A stretch of 64,000 bases of DNA, taken from assembly GCA_963725875.1 (NCBI GenBank), contig CAVRZZ010000004.1, positions 279,758 through 343,757 of the forward strand, given 5' to 3'. The notes beneath the pieces were generated by a model, which saw nothing but the letters and a program-made list of their open reading frames with translations, was not told the DNA's origin and did no database searches. The position numbers and the translations under genes are program-made. Below, in pieces: positions 16,016 through 25,400 of the stretch. The DNA comes from an uncultured Chloroflexia bacterium (GTDB taxonomy: Bacteria; Chloroflexota; Limnocylindria; Limnocylindrales; CSP1-4). The stretch's first letter is position 1. Every line of letters begins with the position of its first letter.

Positions 16016-18936
16016 GCACAACCGAGCGCCGCCTCCACGACCGCATCCTCGAGCTCGCCGCCGTGGCGCTCGACTTCCGCCTGGCGCCCGCCGAAGCAGC
16101 CGACCTCGAGGGCCACCTCGCCGCCTGCCCGACCTGCGCCCGGACGGCGGCGGCCCTGCGGGCGGACACGGCCGCCCTCCGACACCCCGCGTCCCTCCTC
16201 CCGTCGCGCCGGACCGACGACGCGGTCGCCGCGGCCATCGCCGGGCGCCGGGTCCGCTCCGGGCCGCGCGCGCTCGTTCTCGTGGCGGCCACCGCCCTGC
16301 TGCTCGTCGCGCTCCTGGGCGCGGCCGCCGTGGGGACCTTCCTCCTGCAGACCCGGCCGCCGATCGTCGAGGTCCCGTCGCCACCGGTCGTCGTCGTGAA
16401 CCCGAGCCCCTCGCCGGCACCCGTCTGGCAGACGGGCACCCTGCCGCCGATGTTCACCGGCGGGCTCGCGTATCCCGTCGCGATCGCCGCGGGCGAGACG
16501 GGGTTCGCCGCGGTCGGCCCGAGAGTGTTCCGCGACGTCGACACGCCCGCCGGCGGCACGGCCGGCGCGTGGCGATCGCGCGACGGCCTTGCGTGGGAGC
16601 CGGCGACAAGCGTTGCGGGCCTCGCGGTCGGCGACAGCCTCGACATCGACGACTACCCGGATCCGGGCCTCGTCGACGTCGCCTGGGGCCCAGCGGGGTT
16701 CGTCGCGGTCGGGATCGCACGGGAGTCGGTCGACCGGGTCGGGGCCGCGTGGCACTCGAGCGACGGCCTTACGTGGGTTCGCACGGACCTTCCGGAGCCG
16801 GCACGCGCCAGGCCCGCGGCAGTGACCTGGAGCGGATCGACGTACGTCATCGTCGGCGTCGTCGAGGAGGAGACGGCCCCGCGCGCGGTGGCGTGGCTCT
16901 CCACCGATGGCCGCTCTTGGCGACGCGTTCCGGACGCCGAGGCGTTCGACATCGGCGGCTACATCACCTACCCGTCGGGCCGCGGCTCGGGCGGCCCCGC
17001 CGACGTGACGGTGACCCAGGACGGCTCGCTCGTCGCTGTCGGGAGAACGTGCACCGGGACGACGAGCATGGACGACACCTATGCGTGCCGGCCGATCGTG
17101 ATCAGCTCGAGCGACGGCGAGGCGTGGAGGACCGAGCCCCTTCCCGACGTCTCCGGCGGCGGCATCTCGCTGCCGTCGTCCGTTGCAGCGACTGCAAAGC
17201 GCGTGGTCGCCGTCTCCGGCGGGGCGGTCGAGGGCGATCCGTCCGTCTTCATCCGCGACGACGCCGGGTGGCGCGTCGTCGATCCGGCGGGTGTGCCGAC
17301 ATTCGCCCGCATCGTCGCATTCGGTGATCGGTTTGTGGCCCTCGCGACCACTGCCACCGCGATCTCCCTGTGGACATCGTCCGACGGCGAGGCGTGGGCG
17401 CCCGTGTCGGGCATGCCGCAACCGCCGGACGTGACGAGCCTCCACGAGGTCGACCTCGTCGCCGCCGGCACGCAGGTCGTCATCGTCGGCTCGGCAGAGG
17501 TGGGCTCCACCGAAGGATGGAGCAGCTTCGCGATCGCCTGGTCCCCGCGCCAGGCCGAGCCCGCCACTCCGACGCCCTCACCGTCCGTCCAGCCGGCGCC
17601 GGCCTGGGTCCCCGCTCCAGGCGCGCTCCCGGTCGCGAGCGGCACCGTCCAGCTCGCCGCGGGTCCGGACGGGGGCACCTACGTCGTCGTGAGCTCGGCC
17701 CGCGATGGGGCGGCGGTCCAGCGCGATCGCAGCGTGCTCGCGCTGCTCGACCCGTCCGGGGAGCCGCGAACCGGGTGGCCCGTCGCGGCCGACGGCTGGG
17801 CCTGCGCGAGCCCGGACGGCAGTGCGTGGCCGCCGGAGGTCGCCGGCGACGGCTCCGTCACGGTGCTGTGCCGCTCGGGGGAGACCCCAGACGGGAGCGT
17901 TCGGACCAGCGCCTCCCGGTTCGACGCGGCGGGCAGGCTGCTCGCCAGCTGGTCGCACGACGGGGAGTCCTCGGGCCGCCCGCGGGTCGTCGACGGCCGA
18001 CTCCTCGTGATCGCCGACGAGGTGACGGAGGAGCAGGTCACCGGTGACAGCGGTCAGGCGGAGACCCGCTACACCGCCGCCTACTGGCTGGACGAGGTGG
18101 CCGCGGACGGCACTCGGCGATCCGGCGTGCGCCTGGACGTGGGCGAGGCTGGCTGGCCAGTCGTGCTGGGCCCCGACGGCACCGCCTATCACGTGGACAT
18201 GGAACAGGGCGTGATTACGGCGTTCGATCTCGACGGCCGGCTCGCCGGCTGGCCCGCGCGGCTCGACGGGAGCCTGTCGGCGCTCGGGTTTGGGCCCGAC
18301 GGCCGGGTCTACGTGACCGTGGCGCCGGCCGCAGCGGGTGCCTCCAGCCTGGTCGTGCTGGCGCGCGACGGCAGCACGGTGGCGAGATCGGACACCTTGC
18401 CCCTCGACGGCACGATCGCCTACAGCGGCGCCGGGCCGGGTGGCCGGCCGATGGCGCCGCTCGTCGCGGACGACGGCACGGCGTTCGTCATCGGCGAGGC
18501 CGCCGACCACACGGTCGTCTACGCGATCGACCCGTCGGGGGCGGTCAAGAGCGGCTGGCCGTATCGAGCGGACACTGCCGTGCAGTGGCAGGGGACCTGC
18601 CCGGCCGAGACCGCCGGTTGCGGCGTCTGGCGCGCGTCGCCCGCGGTGGGCCCGGACGGCATTGTCTACCTGCCACTTGCCGCGCCCGACGCGCAGGTCG
18701 GTGGCAGCGTTGCCGCGATCGGTCCCGACGGCCGGGCGATCGCCGGCTGGCCGATGCACCTCGCACGCCGGGGCGCCGAGTTCTGGGCGGCGGTGGCCGG
18801 GTCCGGTGACACGGCCTGGGCGGTTGCGGTCGAGCCGGAGGCCGGCGGGGGATCCTCGGCGACCGTCCTCGCGTTCGCGGCGGACGGAGCCGTTCGCTCC
18901 CGGACCACGGTGGTCGACCCCAAAGCCGGCAGCTGA
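16012..18936 (+). CDS. zf-HC2-type anti-sigma factor with a single TM helix and an approximately 870-aa extracytoplasmic beta-propeller-like domain
   Basis: N-terminal 'HLAACPTCA' zinc-finger anti-sigma motif. TM 'LVLVAATALLLVALLGAAAVG'. Long ectodomain with repeated 'DG..W'/'W....DG' motifs. Confidence 0.75.
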   Translation: MSTTERRLHDRILELAAVALDFRLAPAEAADLEGHLAACPTCARTAAALRADTAALRHPASLLPSRRTDDAVAAAIAGRRVRSGPRALVLVAATALLLVALLGAAAVGTFLLQTRPPIVEVPSPPVVVVNPSPSPAPVWQTGTLPPMFTGGLAYPVAIAAGETGFAAVGPRVFRDVDTPAGGTAGAWRSRDGLAWEPATSVAGLAVGDSLDIDDYPDPGLVDVAWGPAGFVAVGIARESVDRVGAAWHSSDGLTWVRTDLPEPARARPAAVTWSGSTYVIVGVVEEETAPRAVAWLSTDGRSWRRVPDAEAFDIGGYITYPSGRGSGGPADVTVTQDGSLVAVGRTCTGTTSMDDTYACRPIVISSSDGEAWRTEPLPDVSGGGISLPSSVAATAKRVVAVSGGAVEGDPSVFIRDDAGWRVVDPAGVPTFARIVAFGDRFVALATTATAISLWTSSDGEAWAPVSGMPQPPDVTSLHEVDLVAAGTQVVIVGSAEVGSTEGWSSFAIAWSPRQAEPATPTPSPSVQPAPAWVPAPGALPVASGTVQLAAGPDGGTYVVVSSARDGAAVQRDRSVLALLDPSGEPRTGWPVAADGWACASPDGSAWPPEVAGDGSVTVLCRSGETPDGSVRTSASRFDAAGRLLASWSHDGESSGRPRVVDGRLLVIADEVTEEQVTGDSGQAETRYTAAYWLDEVAADGTRRSGVRLDVGEAGWPVVLGPDGTAYHVDMEQGVITAFDLDGRLAGWPARLDGSLSALGFGPDGRVYVTVAPAAAGASSLVVLARDGSTVARSDTLPLDGTIAYSGAGPGGRPMAPLVADDGTAFVIGEAADHTVVYAIDPSGAVKSGWPYRADTAVQWQGTCPAETAGCGVWRASPAVGPDGIVYLPLAAPDAQVGGSVAAIGPDGRAIAGWPMHLARRGAEFWAAVAGSGDTAWAVAVEPEAGGGSSATVLAFAADGAVRSRTTVVDPKAGS

Positions 18937-19037
18937 CCGCCGACGCCGCCCGGCCGCACCGCCCGGCCGCACCGCCCGGCCACACCGGTGCGATCAACCA
19001 CCCACGGCACCGCAGCGGCGCGCCGGCCGAACCCGGT

Positions 19038-19066
19038 TTGACTGAACAAAGATTCAGTTCTACGCT
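19038..19066 (+). promoter_or_regulatory. sigma-70/SigA-like promoter TTGACT-N17-TACGCT driving the tetR gene
   Basis: Read directly. The -35 TTGACT and -10 TACGCT have a 17-nt spacer. The region is AT-rich relative to the genome, and the downstream TTG start has a GAGAGAAGG RBS. Confidence 0.5.
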
Positions 19067-19090
19067 CTCTCCTGAATCAACGTTCAGTCA
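19040..19090. promoter_or_regulatory. nested palindromic operator pair (CTGAAcaaagaTTCAG and CTGAAtcaacgTTCAG inside outer TGACTGAAC...GTTCAGTCA inverted repeat) overlapping the tetR promoter
   Basis: Read directly. One palindrome is inside the promoter spacer and the other downstream of the -10. This is the classic TetR autoregulation layout. Confidence 0.55.
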
Positions 19091-19103
19091 TCTGGAGAGA
19101 AGG

Positions 19104-19760
19104 TTGGCCGCCGCGGGACGCCCACAGCGCGGAGGGAGGCAGGCAGCGAGCACCGCCAGCCGGGCCCGGCTCCTTGACGCTGCCCGGGTTCTCTTCGCCG
19201 AGCGTGGCTACCACGCCTGCCGGGTGGCCGACGTCGCGCAGCGAGCAGGCATGGGCCCCGGCAACGTCTACTGGCACTTCGACTCGAAGGAAGCGGTCCT
19301 CGCGGCGATCCTGGCCGACGGTTTCGCCGCGCGCGAGGCGATGACCGCCGGGGTGGCCGACGAATACGGCCCGGCGCGCCGCAAGCTGGAGATCCTGGTG
19401 GACCGGACGATCGCCTTCTACACCGAGCAGGCCGCGTTTCTCCGCATCCTCGCCGGCATGTCGGGACCCGGCGGCCGGGAGCTCATCGCCTCGCTCGGGT
19501 TCAACGTGCCGGAGATCGAGCGGCGCAGCCGGGCGAACGTGCGCCGAGTCCTCGCCGAGGCGCGCTCGGAAGGCGCGATCGCCCCTGCGGATCCGGACCA
19601 GCTCGTCGCATTCTTCATGGCGTTCTTCGACGGCCTGCTGGTCGGATCGGACGGGCGCGGGTCCGACGGGCGCGGATCGGACGGGCGCGGGCCCGCCGTG
19701 CCGCAGGAGGGCGTTCGCGACACGGCCCTGCGCCTGCTGGGACATCGGCCCGCGGGGTGA
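19104..19760 (+). CDS. TetR/AcrR-family transcriptional regulator
   Basis: N-terminal HTH 'ARLLDAARVLFAERGYHACRVADVAQRAGMGPGNVYWHFDSKEAVL'. A (GSDGR)3 repeat sits near the C-terminus. TTG start assumed; the ORF table starts at 19038, inside the operator. Confidence 0.8.
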   Translation: MAAAGRPQRGGRQAASTASRARLLDAARVLFAERGYHACRVADVAQRAGMGPGNVYWHFDSKEAVLAAILADGFAAREAMTAGVADEYGPARRKLEILVDRTIAFYTEQAAFLRILAGMSGPGGRELIASLGFNVPEIERRSRANVRRVLAEARSEGAIAPADPDQLVAFFMAFFDGLLVGSDGRGSDGRGSDGRGPAVPQEGVRDTALRLLGHRPAG

Positions 19761-19768
19761 CCGTTGCT

Positions 19769-19812
19769 CGCGCCCCGGGCGAGGGAGCTCGCGCCCCGGG
19801 CGAGGGAGCGCG
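19769..19812. repeat. 22-bp tandem direct repeat (gcgccccgggcgagggagc-)x2 between tetR and the GH18 gene
   Basis: Read directly. Confidence 0.4.
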
Positions 19813-19897
19813 ATGGGCCGGAGAGGGAGCGCGAGGGGCCGCGTGGGGCCGCGAGGGGGCGTTTGACCGTTCGGGCGGCCTCGCCCACGCTTCCCGC

Positions 19898-21187
19898 ATG
19901 CCCCGACGACCGCCTGCCGCGATCGCCCTCGTCGTCGCGATCGCAGTCGCGACGCTGGCGGCCTGCGCGCCCGCGCCCGACGCAACGCCCGCGTCCCCGA
20001 CGACGGCCGGGCCGGACCCCTCGACTTCGGCCTCGGGGACGCCGCGACCGATCCCGGGCCACGAGGTGTACGGCTACGTGCCGTACTGGGAGATGGACGA
20101 CGGGATCGCGGCGCACCTGCGGTCGACGGACCTGACCACCCTCGCCCTGTTCAGCGTCACCAACACGCGCACCGGCGCGATCGACACGAAGCAGAACGGC
20201 TACCGCCGGATCGTCGGCGACGTGGGCCGCCAGCTGATCCGCGAAGCGCGCGAGGGCGGCGTCCGCGTCGAGCTCGTGTTCACGAGCTTCGGGCGCGAGC
20301 GCAACGACGGCTTCTTCGCCGACCTCGAGCTCCAGGACGCGACGATCGCTTCGCTCGTCGCCGTCGTGGCCGACCTCCGCCTCGACGGGGTCAACGTCGA
20401 CGTGGAGGGCCTCGACCCGCTGCAGGTGTCCGCGTACGGCGCGTTCGTGGGGCGGCTGCGCGCTGCGGTCGTGGCGGCCGGCCCCTCGGGCAGGGTGTCG
20501 GCAGCCACCCAGGCGAGCTTCGGTGGCGCGGCGATGGCGGCCGCCGCCGCGCAGGCCGGTGCCGACCGCATCTTCCTCATGGGCTACGACTACCGCGTGG
20601 ACCGCTCGGAGCCCGGGGCCATCGCGCCGCTCGACCGTCGCGATGGCGAGGAGAAGGACCTCGCCTGGTCGCTCGACCTGTACGCGGCGCTCGGCGTCCC
20701 GGTCGAGCGGACGCTCCTGGGCCTGCCGCTGTACGGCCGCTCGTGGCCGGTGACGGATCCGCTGCTCGGGGCGCCGGCGACGGGCCGCGGCGAGACCTGG
20801 GTTCCGCGCCGGAACCTCGAGATCCTGCGTGACCCCTCGATCATCCCCACCCGCGACGAGAGCGAGGTGGTCGAGCTCTACGCCCTCGCCTCCGACGGCA
20901 CGTCGTACCCGCCGGCGCCGTCCCCCGCCGGATCGCCGTTCGCAGGAGGCTCGCCGTCGCCCGCAGGCTCGCCTTCGAGCGGCGCGTCGTCGTCGCCCGC
21001 CTCTCCCGAGGATCGCACCTGGCGCGCGATCTACGTGGACTCGCCCGCCACCCTGGAGACGAAGCTCGCCCTTGCCAACGAGCGCGGGCTGGCGGGCGCC
21101 GGCTTCTGGGCCATCGGCTACGAGCGCGGGCTGCCCGGGTACCGGGAGCTCATCGCGCGCTTCGCCGCCGGCGACCCGATGAAGTAG
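19898..21187 (+). CDS. glycoside hydrolase family 18 (chitinase-like) lipoprotein
   Basis: Lipoprotein signal 'MPRRPPAAIALVVAIAVATLAAC'. GH18-type block 'LDGVNVDVEG' (catalytic DxxDxDxE-like). Ser/Pro-rich linker near the C-terminus. Confidence 0.8.
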   Translation: MPRRPPAAIALVVAIAVATLAACAPAPDATPASPTTAGPDPSTSASGTPRPIPGHEVYGYVPYWEMDDGIAAHLRSTDLTTLALFSVTNTRTGAIDTKQNGYRRIVGDVGRQLIREAREGGVRVELVFTSFGRERNDGFFADLELQDATIASLVAVVADLRLDGVNVDVEGLDPLQVSAYGAFVGRLRAAVVAAGPSGRVSAATQASFGGAAMAAAAAQAGADRIFLMGYDYRVDRSEPGAIAPLDRRDGEEKDLAWSLDLYAALGVPVERTLLGLPLYGRSWPVTDPLLGAPATGRGETWVPRRNLEILRDPSIIPTRDESEVVELYALASDGTSYPPAPSPAGSPFAGGSPSPAGSPSSGASSSPASPEDRTWRAIYVDSPATLETKLALANERGLAGAGFWAIGYERGLPGYRELIARFAAGDPMK

Positions 21188-21198
21188 GGCGAAGCGCC

Positions 21199-21227
21199 GA
21201 AGCGCCCGGGTGAGACCCGGGCGCTTC
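21199..21227. terminator. strong bidirectional hairpin terminator (12-bp perfect stem GAAGCGCCCGGG-tgaga-CCCGGGCGCTTC) between convergent genes
   Basis: Read directly. It lies immediately after the GH18 stop and before the stop of the minus-strand lipoprotein gene. Confidence 0.55.
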
Positions 21228-21288
21228 GGGCGGAAGGAGTCGAATGCGGCGGTATGGCGAGCCGCCCCCGCCGACGTGTCGCGTGTCG

Positions 21289-22353
21289 TCAGCCGCCGTC
21301 GAGGACCTTGAGCAGGACCGCCGGATAGGGTTCCTGACCCTCGTCCGGGTGGGTGTTGCACACGACGACGTACTGGTTGCGGGTCATGACGGTGGTGCCC
21401 GTCTTGTCCACGCGCTCCTTGTCGGGAACCACCACTAGGGCCTCGCCCAGGCCATTCTCGCCGACACCATAGCGATCGAAGCCGGTCCCGGGGATCCTCA
21501 TCCACTCCGGGAACGGGAAGACGTGTTGTGTCTTGGCGTAGGCGAGGACCTGGTCCCACGACGTGCCGTCCAGCACCGGCGTGACGAGGAGGCCCGCCCC
21601 GATCGATCCCTTCTCGAACGCGGGTGCGTTGACCAGGGTGAAGGTGACGGCCGCCCCGCGCGGGATGGCGGTCGGGCCGGCGTAGGTGCACGTCTCGCCG
21701 TCGAAGGTGACCGCGGCGGAGATCGCCAGGGGGGTCGCCGTCGGTGCGGGCGTGGCCGTCGGCCCGGCCGTTGCGGGGGTTGCCTCCACCGTGAGCAGGA
21801 CGGCCGGATAGGGTTCCTGACCCTCGTCCGGGTGGGTGTTGCACACGACGACGTACTGGTTGCGGGTCATGACGGTCGTGCCCGTCTCGTCCACGCGCTC
21901 CTTGTCGGGAACCACCGATAGGGCCTCGCCCAGCCCCTGCTCGCCGTTTCCATAGCGGTCGCGGCCGGTTCCGGGGATCCTCATCCAGTCCGGGAACGGG
22001 AAGACGTGGCGCGTCTCGGCATAGGCGAGGACCTGCGCCCACGTCGTGCCGTCCAGCACGGGCGTGACGAGGAGGCCCGCCCCGATCGATCCCTTCTCGA
22101 ACGCGGGCGCGTTGACCAAAGTGAACGTCACGGCCGAGCCCCGCGGGACGACCGGCGGGCCGGCGTATGCGCACGTCTCGCCGTCGAAGGTGACCGTGGC
22201 GGAGATCGCCAGGGGGGTCGCCGTCGCGGCACCAGGGGTGGCTGCCGCCGGCGTTGCGGTCGCGGGCCCCAGAGTCGCAGCCGGCGAGGCACTCCCGCTG
22301 CAGGCCGCGACCACCAGCACGAGGGCTCCAGTGAGTGTCGTGAAGCGTCTCAT
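21289..22353 (-). CDS. lipoprotein of unknown function built from two tandem copies (about 88% aa identity) of an approximately 145-aa domain
   Basis: Signal 'MRRFTTLTGALVLVVAAC'. Repeat 1 'TPLAISATVTFDGETCAYAG...PYPAVLLTVEA' and repeat 2 'TPLAISAAVTFDGETCTYAG...PYPAVLLKVLDGG'. Confidence 0.75.
   Translation of the reverse strand: MRRFTTLTGALVLVVAACSGSASPAATLGPATATPAAATPGAATATPLAISATVTFDGETCAYAGPPVVPRGSAVTFTLVNAPAFEKGSIGAGLLVTPVLDGTTWAQVLAYAETRHVFPFPDWMRIPGTGRDRYGNGEQGLGEALSVVPDKERVDETGTTVMTRNQYVVVCNTHPDEGQEPYPAVLLTVEATPATAGPTATPAPTATPLAISAAVTFDGETCTYAGPTAIPRGAAVTFTLVNAPAFEKGSIGAGLLVTPVLDGTSWDQVLAYAKTQHVFPFPEWMRIPGTGFDRYGVGENGLGEALVVVPDKERVDKTGTTVMTRNQYVVVCNTHPDEGQEPYPAVLLKVLDGG
21293..22270. 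repeat. intragenic tandem duplication, approximately 485 bp x2, nearly identical at nucleotide level
   Basis: Long identical runs such as 'ggatagggttcctgaccctcgtccgggtgggtgttgcacacgacgacgtactggttgcgggtcatgacgg' occur at about 21330 and about 21815. Confidence 0.7.
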
Positions 22354-22479
22354 GACGCACCGCCTTCTCCTGCCTGTCGCCCCGGTCTCCGTTCGACCGG
22401 GCTTCGCCGCCGATCCTGCCGCCGGTCGGCTAGCGTCGGGCTAGGTGGCGGCTAGCCCGGACCGCCCGAGCGATCGCAT

Positions 22480-25400
22480 CTACTTCGTCCCCCGCCGGAC
22501 CTCCTCGATGTCGCCGAGCACCCCGCCCAGGCTGACCTCCCCCCACGTCAGGTAGGTCAGCGTCGCCTGCGCGAATGCCGCCGCGAGCGGGGTCGGCATG
22601 AGATCGGAGGCTGCGACGCGGAAGGTCGCCGCGCGCAGGGCGCTCCGCAGACGTTCGCCTTCCCGACCCGTGACCTCGTCCAGCCGGACCGCCGGGTCCG
22701 TCGGGCCCGTCGGCCAGATGCCGGCCGGTACGAGGGCCGTCGTCGCCGCGGCGGCGAACTGGTCGTCGAGCAGGAGGTCGACGAAGCGGCGCACCTCGGG
22801 GCGGTCGTGGAAGACCACCACCGTGAAGGCCCGCCCCCGGACCTCGTCGGCGTACGCCGGGTCGCCCGCCGGGAAGGGGAAGGCTGCGAGGGTGGCGGAC
22901 CCGCCCGCGGGCCATGCCGCCCGATCCGTCCCGCCCGCGAGGTGAAGCCAGCATTCGGGTGGGTCGACGAACATGGGCCACGCGGCGATCGCCTCCGGTG
23001 TACGGAGGGCGGAGGCCACGCCGCCGAGCACGTAGCCGTCCCGGAATGCGAGGTTGCCGAGCGCCAGGAACGCGCTCCGCACCGGGTCGCCTGTGAAGGA
23101 TTCCCTGCCCGCGGCCAGCGCTTCGAAGGTGCGGGGACCGGCCGTGTGGAGCACGACCTCCTCGATGAATGCGACGCCGCCTGCTCCGGAGTCGGACCCG
23201 GCCTCGATGCCGAGGCACCAGGGCGTTCGACCCTCGGCGACCATGCGTTCGGCGAGCTTCGCCAGGTCGTCCGAGGACCGAGGGACGGCGTACCCGGCGC
23301 GCTCGAATGCCACCTTCGGGTACCAGACCAGGCTCTCCGCCTCGGTTGCGAATGGCGCGCCGAACAGGCGGCCGTCGGCGGCCGGCCAGGTGCCGTCGGC
23401 GCCGACGGTCCCCAGTCGCACGAGGTAGTCGCCGGCGATCGCGCGGAGCCGTGCGACGTCGACGAAGCCGGACATGTCCACCAGCAGGCCGGCCCGCGCC
23501 AGCTCGGCCACGAGGCCCGGCCGCGAGACGATCGCGACGTCGGGCAGATCTCCCGCCGCGACACGCGCCTCGAGATCGCCGTCTGCGGCGGTCGCCCCGG
23601 TCACGTCGATGCCCGTCTCGTTCTCGAACGCGGAAACGACGGGGGCCAGGTCCACCTGCAGCTGCGAAACCGCCTCCACCCGCGACCCGGCGAGCGATCG
23701 GCTCGCGAGGCGCTCGACGGGAACGACGCCCGATGCCGTGTACACGTCCTCCACGGACGAGCCGGCGGCCGACGTCGTCGAGCATGCCTCGCGATGGAGG
23801 TACGTTCGGCACTCGCCGGGCGTGAGACCACGGCCGGCTGCCGTCGCCGCCAGGGTCATGAGCAGCTCCGGTGCCAGCAGCATGACGCCGCGCGGGTCGC
23901 CCGGGCCGGCTCGGACGGCAACGGGCGCCGCGCTTGCCGGATACGCGATGTGGGACGCCTGGAGCGCCCAGTGCAGGGCGTCCATGGCCTCCTCGACGAC
24001 GTAGCCCCGGTCGGACGTCGCGTCGGCGGCCTGCCATGCCAGCAGCAGGCTGAGCTGTGGATCCGTGCCCAGGTTCCCGATCGAGGCGGCCGCCAGCTCG
24101 CGGGCAGAGGCGAGCGCCCCCTTCTCCCGGGCGGCCTCGCCCTGCCCGTACACGACGACCGACAGCGACGTCGCGACGAGAGCCGCGATGGCCAGCACCG
24201 CCACGAGGGCACGCAGACGGGTCGTCGCGCGGCGCTCGAGTGCGCGCTCGTGCGCGACCTGGGTCGCGGCCGCCTCGTCCAGCCGGCGCCGCTCTGCGTC
24301 GCTCGCGTCGAGCAGCTGGCGCTCCGGGAGGTCCAGGCGCAGGTCGGTCGAGGCAGCCCACGACGCGAAGAGACCAAGCCGGCTCCCGGAGAGCAGGTAG
24401 CCCGGGTCGCGCCCCGAACGGATCCAATCGGCTGCCGCGTCCGCCAGTCGGCGGCGCGTCCAGAGATCCTCGCGCGCCTCCTCGATCCACCCGCCCAGGC
24501 GCGGCCAGCGGGCCAGGAGCGCCTCGTGGGCGACCAGGACGAACGGCTCGCCCGTCACGGCGTCGCGGTCGAACGACAGGAGGCGCCCACGGCCAAACGC
24601 GTCGAGCGCCTCGTCGATGGGCCGTTGATCGTCGGCGAGGGTGCGGAGCTCCGATCGTGCGACCCGCCGGGCCGTCGGTTCGCCGGACTCGCCCGGCACG
24701 ACGAGGCGAAGGAAGGCCTGGCGGGAGATCTCGCGGCCCTCGGCATCCAGGCCGGCGTAGACGTCATCGGCCCGACGGCCGAGCGCCCCCAGCACGCCGC
24801 CGACCGCCGCATACGCCTCGCGCGTCAGACGCTGCCCGTCGCTCCGCTCGAAGAGCTCGGTGAGGGCGTACTGGAGGAGGGGGAGCTCCCCGGGCTGACG
24901 GGCGACATCGGCAATCACCTCGGTCGCGAGTCCCGGTTCAAGGTCGACCCCGACCGACCCCGCCGGTCGCACGATGGCGCGCTCCAGCTCGTCGCGCGTG
25001 AGGGGCGTGACCAGCTCCGTGCCGGCGCGGACCAGCTCCCCGAGCCCGGGGGAGCGGAGCGGACGATCGAGGAAGTCCGCGCGCAACGTGGCGACGACCA
25101 GGAGCCGGCTCTCACGGGCCGAGAGTGCCTCGACGAGCCCCGCGAGGAAGCTCGTCCGCTCGGCCTCGTCGTCGACGAGCGACCAGAGCTCCTCGATCTG
25201 GTCGACCACGAGCACCAGGTGCGCAACGTCATCGGGAAGGGCTAGGGCGACTGCGCCGGCAAGGTCGTGACGCAGCCGTTCGGCGTCCTCGTGCGGGGCG
25301 CCAGACCCAGCCGCGCCGAGAGCCGCCGCGAGCTCGCGGAACGGCCGAGCCCCCGGCAGCATCACGGCGATCGGCCAACCCTCGGAGCCCGCCAGCGCGC

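Noticed and set aside
13247-16420. 1057-aa minus-strand ORF
   Set aside because: It is antisense to the Fe-S protein and ECF sigma genes. The sequence is Arg/Gly/Pro dominated and it has no start context.
19418-22360. 980-aa minus-strand ORF over the tetR/GH18 region, and the 21244, 21523 and 22006 plus-strand ORFs
   Set aside because: They are antisense to the GH18 gene or to the duplicated lipoprotein gene. The repeated identical segments 'DRRIGFLTLVRVGVAHDDVLVAGHDG' simply mirror the intragenic duplication.
22807-25245. 812-aa plus-strand ORF and the 22557..23564 minus-strand out-of-frame ORF inside the SARP-STAND gene
   Set aside because: The in-frame minus-strand product has coherent SARP/NB-ARC/SBP motifs. 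These alternatives are low-complexity.
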